Below are positions 28,227 through 37,254 of a stretch of DNA of 64,000 bases, in pieces. The notes under the pieces are model-generated. The model saw only the letters and a program-made list of their open reading frames with translations, did no database searches and was not told the origin of the DNA. The stretch is taken from the IMG/VR virus record IMGVR_UViG_3300035682_000005. One strand, written 5' to 3'. Every line of letters begins with the position of its first letter. Within the stretch, counting starts at the first letter, position 1. Position numbers and translations under genes: made by a program. The stretch is from a virus.

Positions 28227-28760
28227 ATGTCCATGTTGAAACGAGCAAAAGCTATCTTACAAAAGCTAACAGCTCGAAAAGAGTTGCAAAAACCTTTTTT
28301 GCCTAAAAATAAGATGCTTGTACTTCGACCCGACGGTAGTTGGATTTTAAACGACAGTCAAGCGCCGCCGCCTGTGCAGCCTGCAATACCAAACCCAAGT
28401 CCGTGGCATTCTTATGGACCCCTTGATCCAGTTGTTCAAGATATCGATAGAGTGCCCGACTTGCATCCAGAATCAAAAGACTTAAATAAGAAACTGAATG
28501 AATGCATGGCAGCGAACGTCATCACATCATGCTCGCATTCAGTTGATTACAACAACATTTACACACTTGTTGTTGAGTTGCCAAGTTCTGGTGAGACCGT
28601 TATCGACACGAATCAGATCAATGCATTTATTAAAGCAATGCAGTTGAGATATGATTTGAAACTTGCGAGAAAAGAGCGTTGTGTTAGTTCTGTATCAAAC
28701 ATAGTATTTAACACGTTGGTGTTTGAGTATGACATGAGATCGAACTTGTTTAAGAAGTAA
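28227..28760 (+). CDS. hypothetical protein; C-half may be a divergent member of the paralogue family
   Basis: LNKKLNECMAANVI...LVVELP...INAFIKAMQLRY. Confidence 0.45.
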   Translation: MSMLKRAKAILQKLTARKELQKPFLPKNKMLVLRPDGSWILNDSQAPPPVQPAIPNPSPWHSYGPLDPVVQDIDRVPDLHPESKDLNKKLNECMAANVITSCSHSVDYNNIYTLVVELPSSGETVIDTNQINAFIKAMQLRYDLKLARKERCVSSVSNIVFNTLVFEYDMRSNLFKK

Positions 28761-28761
28761 T

Positions 28762-28974
28762 ATGACCATGGCAAAAATTTACGATTACACTCGTTTTAAA
28801 ATTTTGCGAGAAATTAAAGACCTTGAAAATTTTGTTCGACTCAAGTACGAACAAGCTAAGAAGAATGAGTTTATGTGGTTTGATCATTACACTGTCACTA
28901 ATGCTCGTTCACGCGTTGACGAATTAAAAAAAGAACTTGAGGCACTGAATGATTCATCAATTTCTGAAGAATAA
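28762..28974 (+). CDS. hypothetical protein
   Basis: ORF tiling. Confidence 0.5.
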   Translation: MTMAKIYDYTRFKILREIKDLENFVRLKYEQAKKNEFMWFDHYTVTNARSRVDELKKELEALNDSSISEE

Positions 28975-29233
28975 AACGATTAAAAAATTGCTTGTCGAGT
29001 TGAATCGCGCTAAAAAACACGGGCACATTGTTTTCATTACGGATATTACAGACATAAAAATTCCTGGAGGTTGCTCAGAAGTGGTCGGAATAGAAATCAT
29101 TTTTACAGACAAAATCACAGACGATCAAGTGTGTAAGATTAGAAAGTATATTGAAGCCAACTACAAGTTTAAAGTTGATACGTCACTGATGGAACTTGGA
29201 AGAATACCAAGAATATTGCTCGTTATGTACTAA
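28949..29233 (+). CDS. paralogue family member 1
   Basis: TIKKLLVELNRAKKHGHI...IEIIFTD...KIRKYIEANY. Confidence 0.65.
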   Translation: MIHQFLKNKTIKKLLVELNRAKKHGHIVFITDITDIKIPGGCSEVVGIEIIFTDKITDDQVCKIRKYIEANYKFKVDTSLMELGRIPRILLVMY

Positions 29234-29270
29234 TATATACTTGTGAGAATATGACAAACGTGTGATTCTT

Positions 29271-29627
29271 ATGCAGAGTAATTCAACAATAGACAAACAA
29301 AAAGCTATTCTTGAAGAATTCATGAAAGCGCAACACAATGGTTTCATTCTTACCATCGACATTGAACTAAAAGAAAAGTCTGGCAAAATCATTTACGATC
29401 CAGATGCTGCTATGTATCGCAACAATGAATGGGAAGATCGCTCCGCAATAACAAGTGATCAATATGTACAAGATTTAAACAACGTTCCAGAGTACAAAAC
29501 GCTATACATACGATTTACTGAAGGTGTTAATAGTGAAGCAATTTTTAAAATTAAAGAGTACGTTGCACAGAAGTATCAATGTCAATGTGCAGTATACGAC
29601 AGACGCATAACTGTTTTTGACTTTTGA
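29271..29627 (+). CDS. paralogue family member 2
   Basis: ILEEFMKAQHNGFI...LYIRFTE...KIKEYVAQKY. Confidence 0.65.
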   Translation: MQSNSTIDKQKAILEEFMKAQHNGFILTIDIELKEKSGKIIYDPDAAMYRNNEWEDRSAITSDQYVQDLNNVPEYKTLYIRFTEGVNSEAIFKIKEYVAQKYQCQCAVYDRRITVFDF

Positions 29628-29642
29628 TTACTGAGATTTATT

Positions 29643-30920
29643 ATGACAATATTTCACGACAGAGTAAGCAAGCACATTCTAGTAGACCATTTTGATGTTG
29701 TGTACGACATCAACAAAAGTTTTGGTAATTTCATAGTTGATAAAAACACAGGCCGTCAATTGCTTGATGCATTCAGTTTTATAGCAAGCAATCCTATTGG
29801 ACACAATCACCCAAAGATGTTTGATCCAATATTTGAGTCGCGTCTACTGAGAGTTGCACGAACCAACCCATCAAACTCAGATATCCTTACTGAAGAGTAT
29901 GTTGAGTTTATTGAAACGTTTTTTAATGTAGCAGTGCCAAGCTATTTTAAAGACTCATTTTTCATTGCTGGCGGCAGCCTTGCGGTAGAAAATGCATTGA
30001 AAGCCGCATTTGACTGGAAATATCGCAAGCTCAAAGAACGAGGCATTGTAGCCAATCCAGATGACTTGAAGGTATTACACTTCAAAAATTCGTTTCATGG
30101 CAGATCTGGTTATACACTTTCAGTGACAAACACCGCAGATACCCGAAAGTATGATCTTTTTCCAAAGTTTCCTAACTGGCCACGACTCGAAGCTCCATAC
30201 ACACACGAATTGATTGGCGTGGAAGAGCAAGCAAAACGCGACACGGAATTTTTGCAGTATGCAGACGATGTTGTGACTAAGCTGGGACACAGCGTTGCGG
30301 CAATCTTGATTGAACCAATTCAAGGTGAAGGTGGAGACAACCATTTCACAAAACAATTTCATCAAGGGTTGAGAAAACTTGCCGATGATAAAGAGATGAT
30401 TTTGATATACGATGAAGTGCAAACTGGCGTGGGGCTGACTGGCAAAATGTGGGCACATCAACACTATGATGTAAAGCCAGATATTATTTCATTTGGAAAA
30501 AAAATGCAGGTGTGTGGCATTCTCAGTGGTGACAGAATTCGAGAAGTGAAAAACAATGTGTTTGAAGAAAAATCGCGCATCAACTCAACATGGGGTGGCA
30601 ATCTCACAGACTTTGTTCGTGCACAGAGATATCTTGAGATCATTCATGAAGATAATCTTGTTGATAATGCATCAATCGTTGGTGAATATCTGCTGGCTGG
30701 ATTGAAAAATCTTGGAGTGATGAACGCTCGTGGAAAAGGACTGATGTGTGCATTTGACATGCCAACTCCACAAGACCGTGATGCTCTTGTGAAAAGGTGC
30801 TACGACAATGGATTGTTTTTGCTTGGATGTGGAACAGTTTCAGTGCGAGTGCGTCCATCGTTGACGTTCTCCAAATCCAATGTTGATCAACTTTTGGATA
30901 TTGTCAAAAAGTCGTTATAA
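29643..30920 (+). CDS. lat: L-lysine 6-aminotransferase (class III PLP aminotransferase)
   Basis: SKHILVD; PSNSDI; GSLAVENALKAAFDWK; FHGRSGYTLSVTNT; EPIQGEGGDNH; DEVQTG; FGKK; SRINSTWGGNL. Confidence 0.88.
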   Translation: MTIFHDRVSKHILVDHFDVVYDINKSFGNFIVDKNTGRQLLDAFSFIASNPIGHNHPKMFDPIFESRLLRVARTNPSNSDILTEEYVEFIETFFNVAVPSYFKDSFFIAGGSLAVENALKAAFDWKYRKLKERGIVANPDDLKVLHFKNSFHGRSGYTLSVTNTADTRKYDLFPKFPNWPRLEAPYTHELIGVEEQAKRDTEFLQYADDVVTKLGHSVAAILIEPIQGEGGDNHFTKQFHQGLRKLADDKEMILIYDEVQTGVGLTGKMWAHQHYDVKPDIISFGKKMQVCGILSGDRIREVKNNVFEEKSRINSTWGGNLTDFVRAQRYLEIIHEDNLVDNASIVGEYLLAGLKNLGVMNARGKGLMCAFDMPTPQDRDALVKRCYDNGLFLLGCGTVSVRVRPSLTFSKSNVDQLLDIVKKSL

Positions 30921-30957
30921 AATTGACATTGGATTTCCTGGTTGATATATTTGTTAA

Positions 30958-32223
30958 ATGATAATTCGTCAATGTATCCAAGTTCTTGCAATTTTTATCA
31001 TTTCTTTAATCGCAGTAAATTCAAGCACAGCAGAACAAACAATACAGCGAATAGAGCCACGAGTCATTCGCACACACGTCCGTACGTACGGAACAGTCAC
31101 AATTCGCCTTACTCACGAAAAGTTATTTGCAGTTGATACAAGCGCAAACTTTTATCAAGGCGAAATTAAACTTCGATCTGGTTTATTTCCCGTTGCTGCA
31201 TCAGAAATCAATGGAGAGATGAGACTTACATTCAATGGTAGAATTACAGGATCGCGAAAAAGCAGACAGAGAACAATTACAATCAAGTCTCGCAACAATT
31301 TCAACACAGTTCGTGTTAGCTCAATGCCACGGAGTGCTAACCCAGAAAAAGCGTGTGCGACAGAAAGTCATGATCATAGCAACACAGTCCATGCAAGTGC
31401 AGTCGATCAAGACGCAGCAAAAATCAAAGTCATCACGATTAGCACGACTGCCGATGTTGAATGGGTATCACGATTTGGTTCCAGTTCAAATGCAGAAATT
31501 GCAAGCATTATTAATACAGCCGAAGCACTGTATGAAAGACAACTTGGCATTCGTTTTCAGATAGTATCTCAAAGTTTACAAACAGACAGCACACCTGAGT
31601 TGGATCCATCTTTAATTCTTAAAACATTTCAATCAACAGAGCCAGTCAAAGCGAATGTAAACTATCTTTTTACTGGCAAAGATATGTCCGGTGCCACCAT
31701 TGGAATAGCATACGTTGGATCAATCTGCTACGCGCCAGCATATGCATACGGTGTCGTGCAGTTTTACAACACACTCACATCAAGCGTGTTTGCTCATGAG
31801 TTGGGACACAATCTTGGCGCGCGACATGACTTCTCAAATTATGGAAGTCTTATGTATCCGTCAATTTCGCCTGGCACACCATACTTTTCATTAACCAGTC
31901 TTAATGAGATCAACACATTTTTGTCATACTTTAGTTCGTGTCTGGCAGTTGAAGAAGTGCCGGCGCAAAACACACCGGCAAAAATTAAAATTCAGACATC
32001 CAAACGCACTGCTACTGTTACTATTCTTGATACAAAAAACCAACCTATTGCTAATGAGCCAGTGACCTTTATTACAAAAGGACTTACACGCTCAGGCAAA
32101 ACAAACTCGCGCGGCAAAGCAAGCATCATTTTCTTTAATAAACGAGGCACGAAGATCCGATTGACTGTTAGATCGGATAACAATTTGGGGTTGCGAAAAA
32201 CAATTACCTTCAAAATCAAATAA
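30958..32223 (+). CDS. secreted metzincin (M12/reprolysin-like) protease
   Basis: Signal peptide; IGIAYVGSIC; AHELGHNLGARH; Met-turn LMYP. Confidence 0.85.
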   Translation: MIIRQCIQVLAIFIISLIAVNSSTAEQTIQRIEPRVIRTHVRTYGTVTIRLTHEKLFAVDTSANFYQGEIKLRSGLFPVAASEINGEMRLTFNGRITGSRKSRQRTITIKSRNNFNTVRVSSMPRSANPEKACATESHDHSNTVHASAVDQDAAKIKVITISTTADVEWVSRFGSSSNAEIASIINTAEALYERQLGIRFQIVSQSLQTDSTPELDPSLILKTFQSTEPVKANVNYLFTGKDMSGATIGIAYVGSICYAPAYAYGVVQFYNTLTSSVFAHELGHNLGARHDFSNYGSLMYPSISPGTPYFSLTSLNEINTFLSYFSSCLAVEEVPAQNTPAKIKIQTSKRTATVTILDTKNQPIANEPVTFITKGLTRSGKTNSRGKASIIFFNKRGTKIRLTVRSDNNLGLRKTITFKIK

Positions 32224-32256
32224 ATAAATGAAACCAGTTTTATCAAGAGATCGCAC

Positions 32257-32511
32257 GTGAACACTAATTCAAACCTAGTCATGATCGACATATCAACTCA
32301 GTTTCGTCGTGCTCAAGATTTAAACATGTTGATTGATTTTACTGAAACAGACTCTATGATCATGGCCACATTTAGTGACAGAACTCAAAATTTCATTATC
32401 GATGCAGTTGTAAAACACCTCACCATAAAATACGGCACTCACGTGTTTGTTGCTAGAAATTCCTTGAATCCAAAAGTTGTTGAAGTTTGGTACAGGGAAT
32501 CTGCAACATGA
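32257..32511 (+). CDS. paralogue family member 3
   Basis: ISTQFRRAQDLNML...MATFSDRT...VKHLTIKY. Confidence 0.65.
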   Translation: MNTNSNLVMIDISTQFRRAQDLNMLIDFTETDSMIMATFSDRTQNFIIDAVVKHLTIKYGTHVFVARNSLNPKVVEVWYRESAT

Positions 32512-32732
32512 AGCCGGTCTCGGCATTGATAGAAGAATTGCGAGCAGCGTCATATAAAAATGTGATCGCATCATTTCTACACATGCGGCACCACAGTATG
32601 ATTCGTGTGCGTTTTATACAAACACATGACTATCAAGAGAAACAACTTGAAGTCATGCAATACATATTTAAAACGTACGTGGATGTGAAAGATGTAACAA
32701 CGCTTGGACCTTTCATGTACATTGATCTATGA
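32508..32732 (+). CDS. paralogue family member 4
   Basis: PVSALIEELRAASYKNVI...RVRF...MQYIFKTY. Confidence 0.65.
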   Translation: MKPVSALIEELRAASYKNVIASFLHMRHHSMIRVRFIQTHDYQEKQLEVMQYIFKTYVDVKDVTTLGPFMYIDL

Positions 32733-32986
32733 GTTTGCCTACGTTTGATGATATGCGAGATGATTTGAATCGTGCGTATGAGCGCGAAGCAATCGCATAT
32801 TTTCATATTGGCAAAGTGCCAGGAGTAACATCATTCATTTCAGAAATTTTTTATGCGGATGACCAGTTTGATGTATACATTGCCATTAAAAACACCTATT
32901 TGGCAAAAGAAGATGATTTGAAACAGTACATGCGACAAAAATATGGACACATAATTCGTTTGCTCGTTGTAGAGCAACACACATAA
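32729..32986 (+). CDS. paralogue family member 5
   Basis: TFDDMRDDLNRAYEREAI...LKQYMRQKY. Confidence 0.6.
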   Translation: MSLPTFDDMRDDLNRAYEREAIAYFHIGKVPGVTSFISEIFYADDQFDVYIAIKNTYLAKEDDLKQYMRQKYGHIIRLLVVEQHT

Positions 32987-32998
32987 CGCGGATTAATT

Positions 32999-33262
32999 GT
33001 GAAAAAAACCATATACGAATTACGAGATCAGTTAATCGACGCAGAAGTGCATTTTGAAGTTCTGCACGTGTATGGAGATCACATTGTGATAGTTCTTGCA
33101 TATAATTTACTGAATGCAGACCGAAAGAAGCGAGAGTTGAAAGAGTACATAGAAAAAACGTTTGTCGCAGTCCTGCATGTGGATGTTTTTACTCAATACA
33201 TGGTTATTTGGCACGATTATGAAATTGTGTCACCGCAACATACAAAAAAGAAACGCCCGTGA
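32999..33262 (+). CDS. paralogue family member 6
   Basis: TIYELRDQLIDA...LKEYIEKTF. Confidence 0.6.
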   Translation: MKKTIYELRDQLIDAEVHFEVLHVYGDHIVIVLAYNLLNADRKKRELKEYIEKTFVAVLHVDVFTQYMVIWHDYEIVSPQHTKKKRP

Positions 33263-33552
33263 AGATGCAAAAGACGTTAGACGATTTGTATGAAGAAATT
33301 GAGGTTGCAAAGCAACACAGTATGCTCAATTCTGTTCACTATTTCAACTACGATCCATTGTCAAACACCTCGTCGTTGCCAAATGTACAGCGACTTGATG
33401 TTCTTTCTATAGAATTTAAGCACACATGTGACACCAACAAAGTTAAAGAAGTATACGAACACATACGAAACACCTATTGGAAAGTTGTTTATGACGTTCG
33501 TTTGGTAACATACAACAGAATTCATATTTACACGGTCAGTAAGGTTGTATGA
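33259..33552 (+). CDS. paralogue family member 7
   Basis: TLDDLYEEIEVAKQHSML...SIEF...YEHIRNTY. Confidence 0.65.
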   Translation: MKMQKTLDDLYEEIEVAKQHSMLNSVHYFNYDPLSNTSSLPNVQRLDVLSIEFKHTCDTNKVKEVYEHIRNTYWKVVYDVRLVTYNRIHIYTVSKVV

Positions 33553-33824
33553 GCACAATAGATGAATTGGAAACAATTTTTATGGAGGCAGTTCTAAACA
33601 ATCTTCTTGACGATGTTGTTTTAGACAAGAACTACATACAAGTGCACTTTAAACATACAACACATGTTGATGTTACCGTTAGAAAAATTACTGAGCATAT
33701 ACGAAAAAATTTTCCGCAGGTGAAGTATTTTAACACCAATAAACAAACTTGGATAATGGAAATTTATCATTACAAAAACCTTGATAAAGAAAGACTTTCC
33801 CAGGCAGTGGAAGAAAAACTATGA
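33549..33824 (+). CDS. paralogue family member 8
   Basis: TIDELETIFMEAVLNNLL...QVHF...TEHIRKNF. Confidence 0.65.
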   Translation: MSTIDELETIFMEAVLNNLLDDVVLDKNYIQVHFKHTTHVDVTVRKITEHIRKNFPQVKYFNTNKQTWIMEIYHYKNLDKERLSQAVEEKL

Positions 33825-34054
33825 AATCAATCGATCACCTTGAATTTGAACTGACACAAGCTAAAGAACATAACTTGATTGAGAGTTTTGAACACATTCA
33901 AAATCGAGATTGCATTCTCGTAAAGTTGAAAGAAAACACAAATGAGAAAACGTGTCAACAATTGAAGATGTACATACGTGATACATATAAAGAGGTCATG
34001 TACGTGACCCTTACTCCATATGAACGCGCATTGTACATCAGATATGTCATCTAA
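33821..34054 (+). CDS. paralogue family member 9
   Basis: SIDHLEFELTQAKEHNLI...VKLKENT...KMYIRDTY. Confidence 0.7.
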   Translation: MKSIDHLEFELTQAKEHNLIESFEHIQNRDCILVKLKENTNEKTCQQLKMYIRDTYKEVMYVTLTPYERALYIRYVI

Positions 34055-34334
34055 CAAAAAAACAATTTCGGAGTTAAAACACGAATTAAAAGTTGCTCAT
34101 GAGCAAGGACTTTTGGAGTATGTAATAGATATACGAGCAATCAAAACCGGACGTTACGGCATCATTTACAGCGATCCATATTTGTCCGTAAGATTCTTGT
34201 CAAATACAAGCGACAAAATCAAAAGTAAATTGATGTACTACATCCACAAAAATTATGAGCACGTAAAATCAATCAAGATGAGTAGCACATGTGATGTCAT
34301 CGAAGTGTATTATGACGAATCTCAAATCGATTAA
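34044..34334 (+). CDS. paralogue family member 10
   Basis: TISELKHELKVAHEQGLL...SVRFLSNT...MYYIHKNY. Confidence 0.7.
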   Translation: MSSNKKTISELKHELKVAHEQGLLEYVIDIRAIKTGRYGIIYSDPYLSVRFLSNTSDKIKSKLMYYIHKNYEHVKSIKMSSTCDVIEVYYDESQID

Positions 34335-34575
34335 ACAACTAAAAAATGATTTGCAACGGGCATTGAACGCAAATGCTATTCGCGACTACAGCCGTTTTGG
34401 CAATTCAAACTCAGTTTATCGACCATACATCGTAATTTCATTACACCGACACACTCCCATGAACATAAAACAAAGATTGGTAGAGCACATATATACATCT
34501 TACGAGAATATCCATTTCGTTGAATTGGTAAATCAAAACACCTGCATTTGTGTAGATTATGAGCGAGATGAGTAA
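34312..34575 (+). CDS. paralogue family member 11
   Basis: SIKQLKNDLQRALNANAI...HRHTP...VEHIYTSY. Confidence 0.7.
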   Translation: MTNLKSIKQLKNDLQRALNANAIRDYSRFGNSNSVYRPYIVISLHRHTPMNIKQRLVEHIYTSYENIHFVELVNQNTCICVDYERDE

Positions 34576-34822
34576 GATGAGCAACATCAGTAAACTCATC
34601 AAACAATTTTGTCAAGCTCATGAGCAAAACTTGTGTGCAGTACATTACAACACAGAGGATTATTCCTGTGGTGTGTTGGTGATTGATGTTCCGGTGCAAA
34701 GAAGTGTGGTAATTCCTGAACTTGTGCAACATGTAAAGAATACATATCCACAAGTAAATAGGGTGAACACATACGCATTTTTAGATTTTGTAAGAATAGG
34801 ATTTTGGTATGACAACCATTAG
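34559..34822 (+). CDS. paralogue family member 12
   Basis: NISKLIKQFCQAHEQNL...VQHVKNTY. Confidence 0.65.
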   Translation: MSEMSKMSNISKLIKQFCQAHEQNLCAVHYNTEDYSCGVLVIDVPVQRSVVIPELVQHVKNTYPQVNRVNTYAFLDFVRIGFWYDNH

Positions 34823-35198
34823 TGTAGAAGACACAATACGCAGCATCGTTTACGTTCACGATTTAGCAGCTATGGGGCTTGATGCAAAGCTGCCGCTGTC
34901 TATGAAAGATTTTGAACTGACACAAGATGTTGTAGACGCTCACATTCCCACACATGAAGAACGCGCAGCGATGATTGCATATCAATCGTGTTACTTTGCA
35001 TATCTTGCGCAAAATAAGAATGGCACATACGAAGAGTTTCGTCAAAACGTAAACCCAAATGCTGTTGAAACAGTCACACAAAACATTCTCTCAAAAATTC
35101 CAGAAACCGTAAAACTTGACGATCTTAAAGAAATTCATAGGGTGCAATTTTTGAACCTAACTCGTGTTGATAAAGACCGTCAGATTAGTGAAGACTAA
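34809..35198 (+). CDS. hypothetical protein (not in the family)
   Basis: Tiles between paralogues. Confidence 0.55.
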   Translation: MTTISVEDTIRSIVYVHDLAAMGLDAKLPLSMKDFELTQDVVDAHIPTHEERAAMIAYQSCYFAYLAQNKNGTYEEFRQNVNPNAVETVTQNILSKIPETVKLDDLKEIHRVQFLNLTRVDKDRQISED

Positions 35199-35476
35199 TG
35201 AATCATAAAAAACCAGTCAAAGAGTTAAAGCGTCAACTAAAACTGGCATACGAATCAAAATTGATTGAAATCTATCTTGTTCATGAAGATAGTCAGATTG
35301 ATATATTTCCACAAGACGCCTACGACTCACACATCGTGTTTACGTTTACCGAAGATACGCCAATGGAAACGCGTCGCAAACTTATTACATACATAGAAAG
35401 TGCGTTTGAATCTGTCATGGTGTCATCAAAAGCAGGAATGAAAATCATATGGATTGATTACATATGGGCTCAATAG
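35198..35476 (+). CDS. paralogue family member 13
   Basis: PVKELKRQLKLAYESKLI...FTFTEDTP...ITYIESAF. Confidence 0.7.
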   Translation: MNHKKPVKELKRQLKLAYESKLIEIYLVHEDSQIDIFPQDAYDSHIVFTFTEDTPMETRRKLITYIESAFESVMVSSKAGMKIIWIDYIWAQ

Positions 35477-35739
35477 ATTTTTTGCGAAAACAACTAGAAA
35501 TAGCACACAACAAAAAAACGATACGCAGTTTCTTAATATCGTCTATTTCTTTTCCAGTCATCATTGAAGGTGAGCATCGCACCACTTGTGCAAGCATAAC
35601 GTTTTTTGCAGACACACCATTGAATGTTCGACAACAAGTTGCAGAATATATTGACAGCACGTATCCAGATCTTGTCACGACATTATACCACACAACAGAC
35701 ACCGTTCTGTTCATCGACTTTAGAGATAAAACCAGATGA
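35464..35739 (+). CDS. paralogue family member 14
   Basis: SIDFLRKQLEIAHNKKTI...ITFFADTP...AEYIDSTY. Confidence 0.7.
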   Translation: MGSIDFLRKQLEIAHNKKTIRSFLISSISFPVIIEGEHRTTCASITFFADTPLNVRQQVAEYIDSTYPDLVTTLYHTTDTVLFIDFRDKTR

Positions 35740-36095
35740 CAGACAGATTAAAACAATTGCATGAGCTAAAGCAAAAACTGCAAGAAGCATATGAAAAGAA
35801 GCTGGTGTTCTCAGTGTCATTTGACCATTTGGATATGATGCCAGATACCGACGACCATCAGAACTATCACACAGCGTCAAGACTGTATCATAGAATTATA
35901 CTTCACGAAAACACACCAGGCAATGTTGCACACGAATTGTCAAATCACATTTCATCCACATACAATGTTAAATCGTTTGTCATTCACGACAGTGTTCCTC
36001 TAATACAAAACAGATATGCAGAGCCAATACGTGTATTGACGTTTCGCACATATATACTTTTCATTTACATAGACTTATGCGGCGTAACTCTATAA
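35736..36095 (+). CDS. paralogue family member 15
   Basis: LHELKQKLQEAYEKKLV...ILHENTP...SNHISSTY. Confidence 0.7.
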   Translation: MTDRLKQLHELKQKLQEAYEKKLVFSVSFDHLDMMPDTDDHQNYHTASRLYHRIILHENTPGNVAHELSNHISSTYNVKSFVIHDSVPLIQNRYAEPIRVLTFRTYILFIYIDLCGVTL

Positions 36096-36355
36096 ACATA
36101 TTGATGCAGCAGCTATCGGAAGCTAAACGGAAGAACTTGATCGTTGAGTTTGCCGCATACAACACATGTGAGATCAACTCATATATCATAGTGACTTTCA
36201 AAGCAGATACAAATAACAAAACGAAACACAAACTAGTAAAACACATCAAACAAAATTACGACGATGTTATTGCAACACACTTTAGCACCACTAACGAAAG
36301 GTTGTACATTGAGTATGACGACTGGGAAATCTTGCCAAAGTACATTGCGTTTTAG
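36077..36355 (+). CDS. paralogue family member 16
   Basis: SINILMQQLSEAKRKNLI...VTFKADT...VKHIKQNY. Confidence 0.7.
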   Translation: MRRNSINILMQQLSEAKRKNLIVEFAAYNTCEINSYIIVTFKADTNNKTKHKLVKHIKQNYDDVIATHFSTTNERLYIEYDDWEILPKYIAF

Positions 36356-36402
36356 CAAATTCGTCTGTTGACCCTCTACATGCGTGGTGTTAAGTTTGTT
36401 AA

Positions 36403-36660
36403 ATGCAAGACAGGTCATCAGTTCAAAAACACAAAGCACTTCAAGTTGCAATACTCATGTCAAAATGTAGCGTTGCTCGAATCAGTATCATCAATCTGAT
36501 TCAATCTGCATATGGTGATTTGGATAATCTTAACATTGAGATTCTTATTCATCGATTAGAGCAGCTTGCGCACAAAGAACATCCTCGTTTGTTTGTGGAC
36601 ATAAACTATTACACGTTATGTCTAAAAATAGAAGTGCAATATGTTTTGTACTCGATGTAA
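36403..36660 (+). CDS. hypothetical protein
   Basis: ORF after TTGACC...TAAGTT. Confidence 0.4.
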   Translation: MQDRSSVQKHKALQVAILMSKCSVARISIINLIQSAYGDLDNLNIEILIHRLEQLAHKEHPRLFVDINYYTLCLKIEVQYVLYSM

Positions 36661-36733
36661 ATATACAACCACCCAAAATTTTGTGCTAAATTGTTTTAGT
36701 ACAACAAACGCATTCGTGTTATTATTGACCACA

Positions 36734-37003
36734 ATGAAATCAGTAAATCGACTCATTGCAGAATTTTTACATGCCAAAAAAGCCGGTCTGGTTCTTAATG
36801 TTGTAAAAGATGAAAATTACTCCGACCACAACCCATATTTGACCATCATATTCAGATATGGTGTGTTAAATGATGTTGTTCGTAACCAATTGTTCCGACA
36901 TATTGAACATGCGTATACTGGTGTGTATGCCGAATCGGCACCACATGCCCCATCCATGATTTTTGTGTATTATGTGCCGGGGCGAGTGAAAATTGCAGCA
37001 TAA
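36734..37003 (+). CDS. paralogue family member 17
   Basis: SVNRLIAEFLHAKKAGLV...TIIF...FRHIEHAY. Confidence 0.7.
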   Translation: MKSVNRLIAEFLHAKKAGLVLNVVKDENYSDHNPYLTIIFRYGVLNDVVRNQLFRHIEHAYTGVYAESAPHAPSMIFVYYVPGRVKIAA

Positions 37004-37041
37004 TGATTGACACACAATCATCTGTGTGATACAACATCTGC

Positions 37042-37254
37042 ATGAATGTGTTCAGTGCAGATTTCATACAAAAGTGTCTTGATGACGTTAAACTTCTTAA
37101 AGAGAAAAAACGCAAACTTGAATTGGATCTAAAATTCTACGAACAAGAGTTGCGGTTTGCGCAAAAACGTTTAGAAGATTACTCAGACAGAATTTTGGGC
37201 ATTGAATGTGCGCTACACTCATCAATTAAACAACTGATGGATCAATCTTCTTGA
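37042..37254 (+). CDS. coiled-coil hypothetical protein (leaderless)
   Basis: TTGACA-17-TACAAC 6 nt before ATG. Confidence 0.55.
   Translation: MNVFSADFIQKCLDDVKLLKEKKRKLELDLKFYEQELRFAQKRLEDYSDRILGIECALHSSIKQLMDQSS

Noticed and set aside
32257-37003. Diversity-generating retroelement or integron-like cassettes as the source of the paralogues
   Set aside because: No RT or integrase, no near-identical TR/VR pair noticed, and the genes overlap, leaving no room for att sites.
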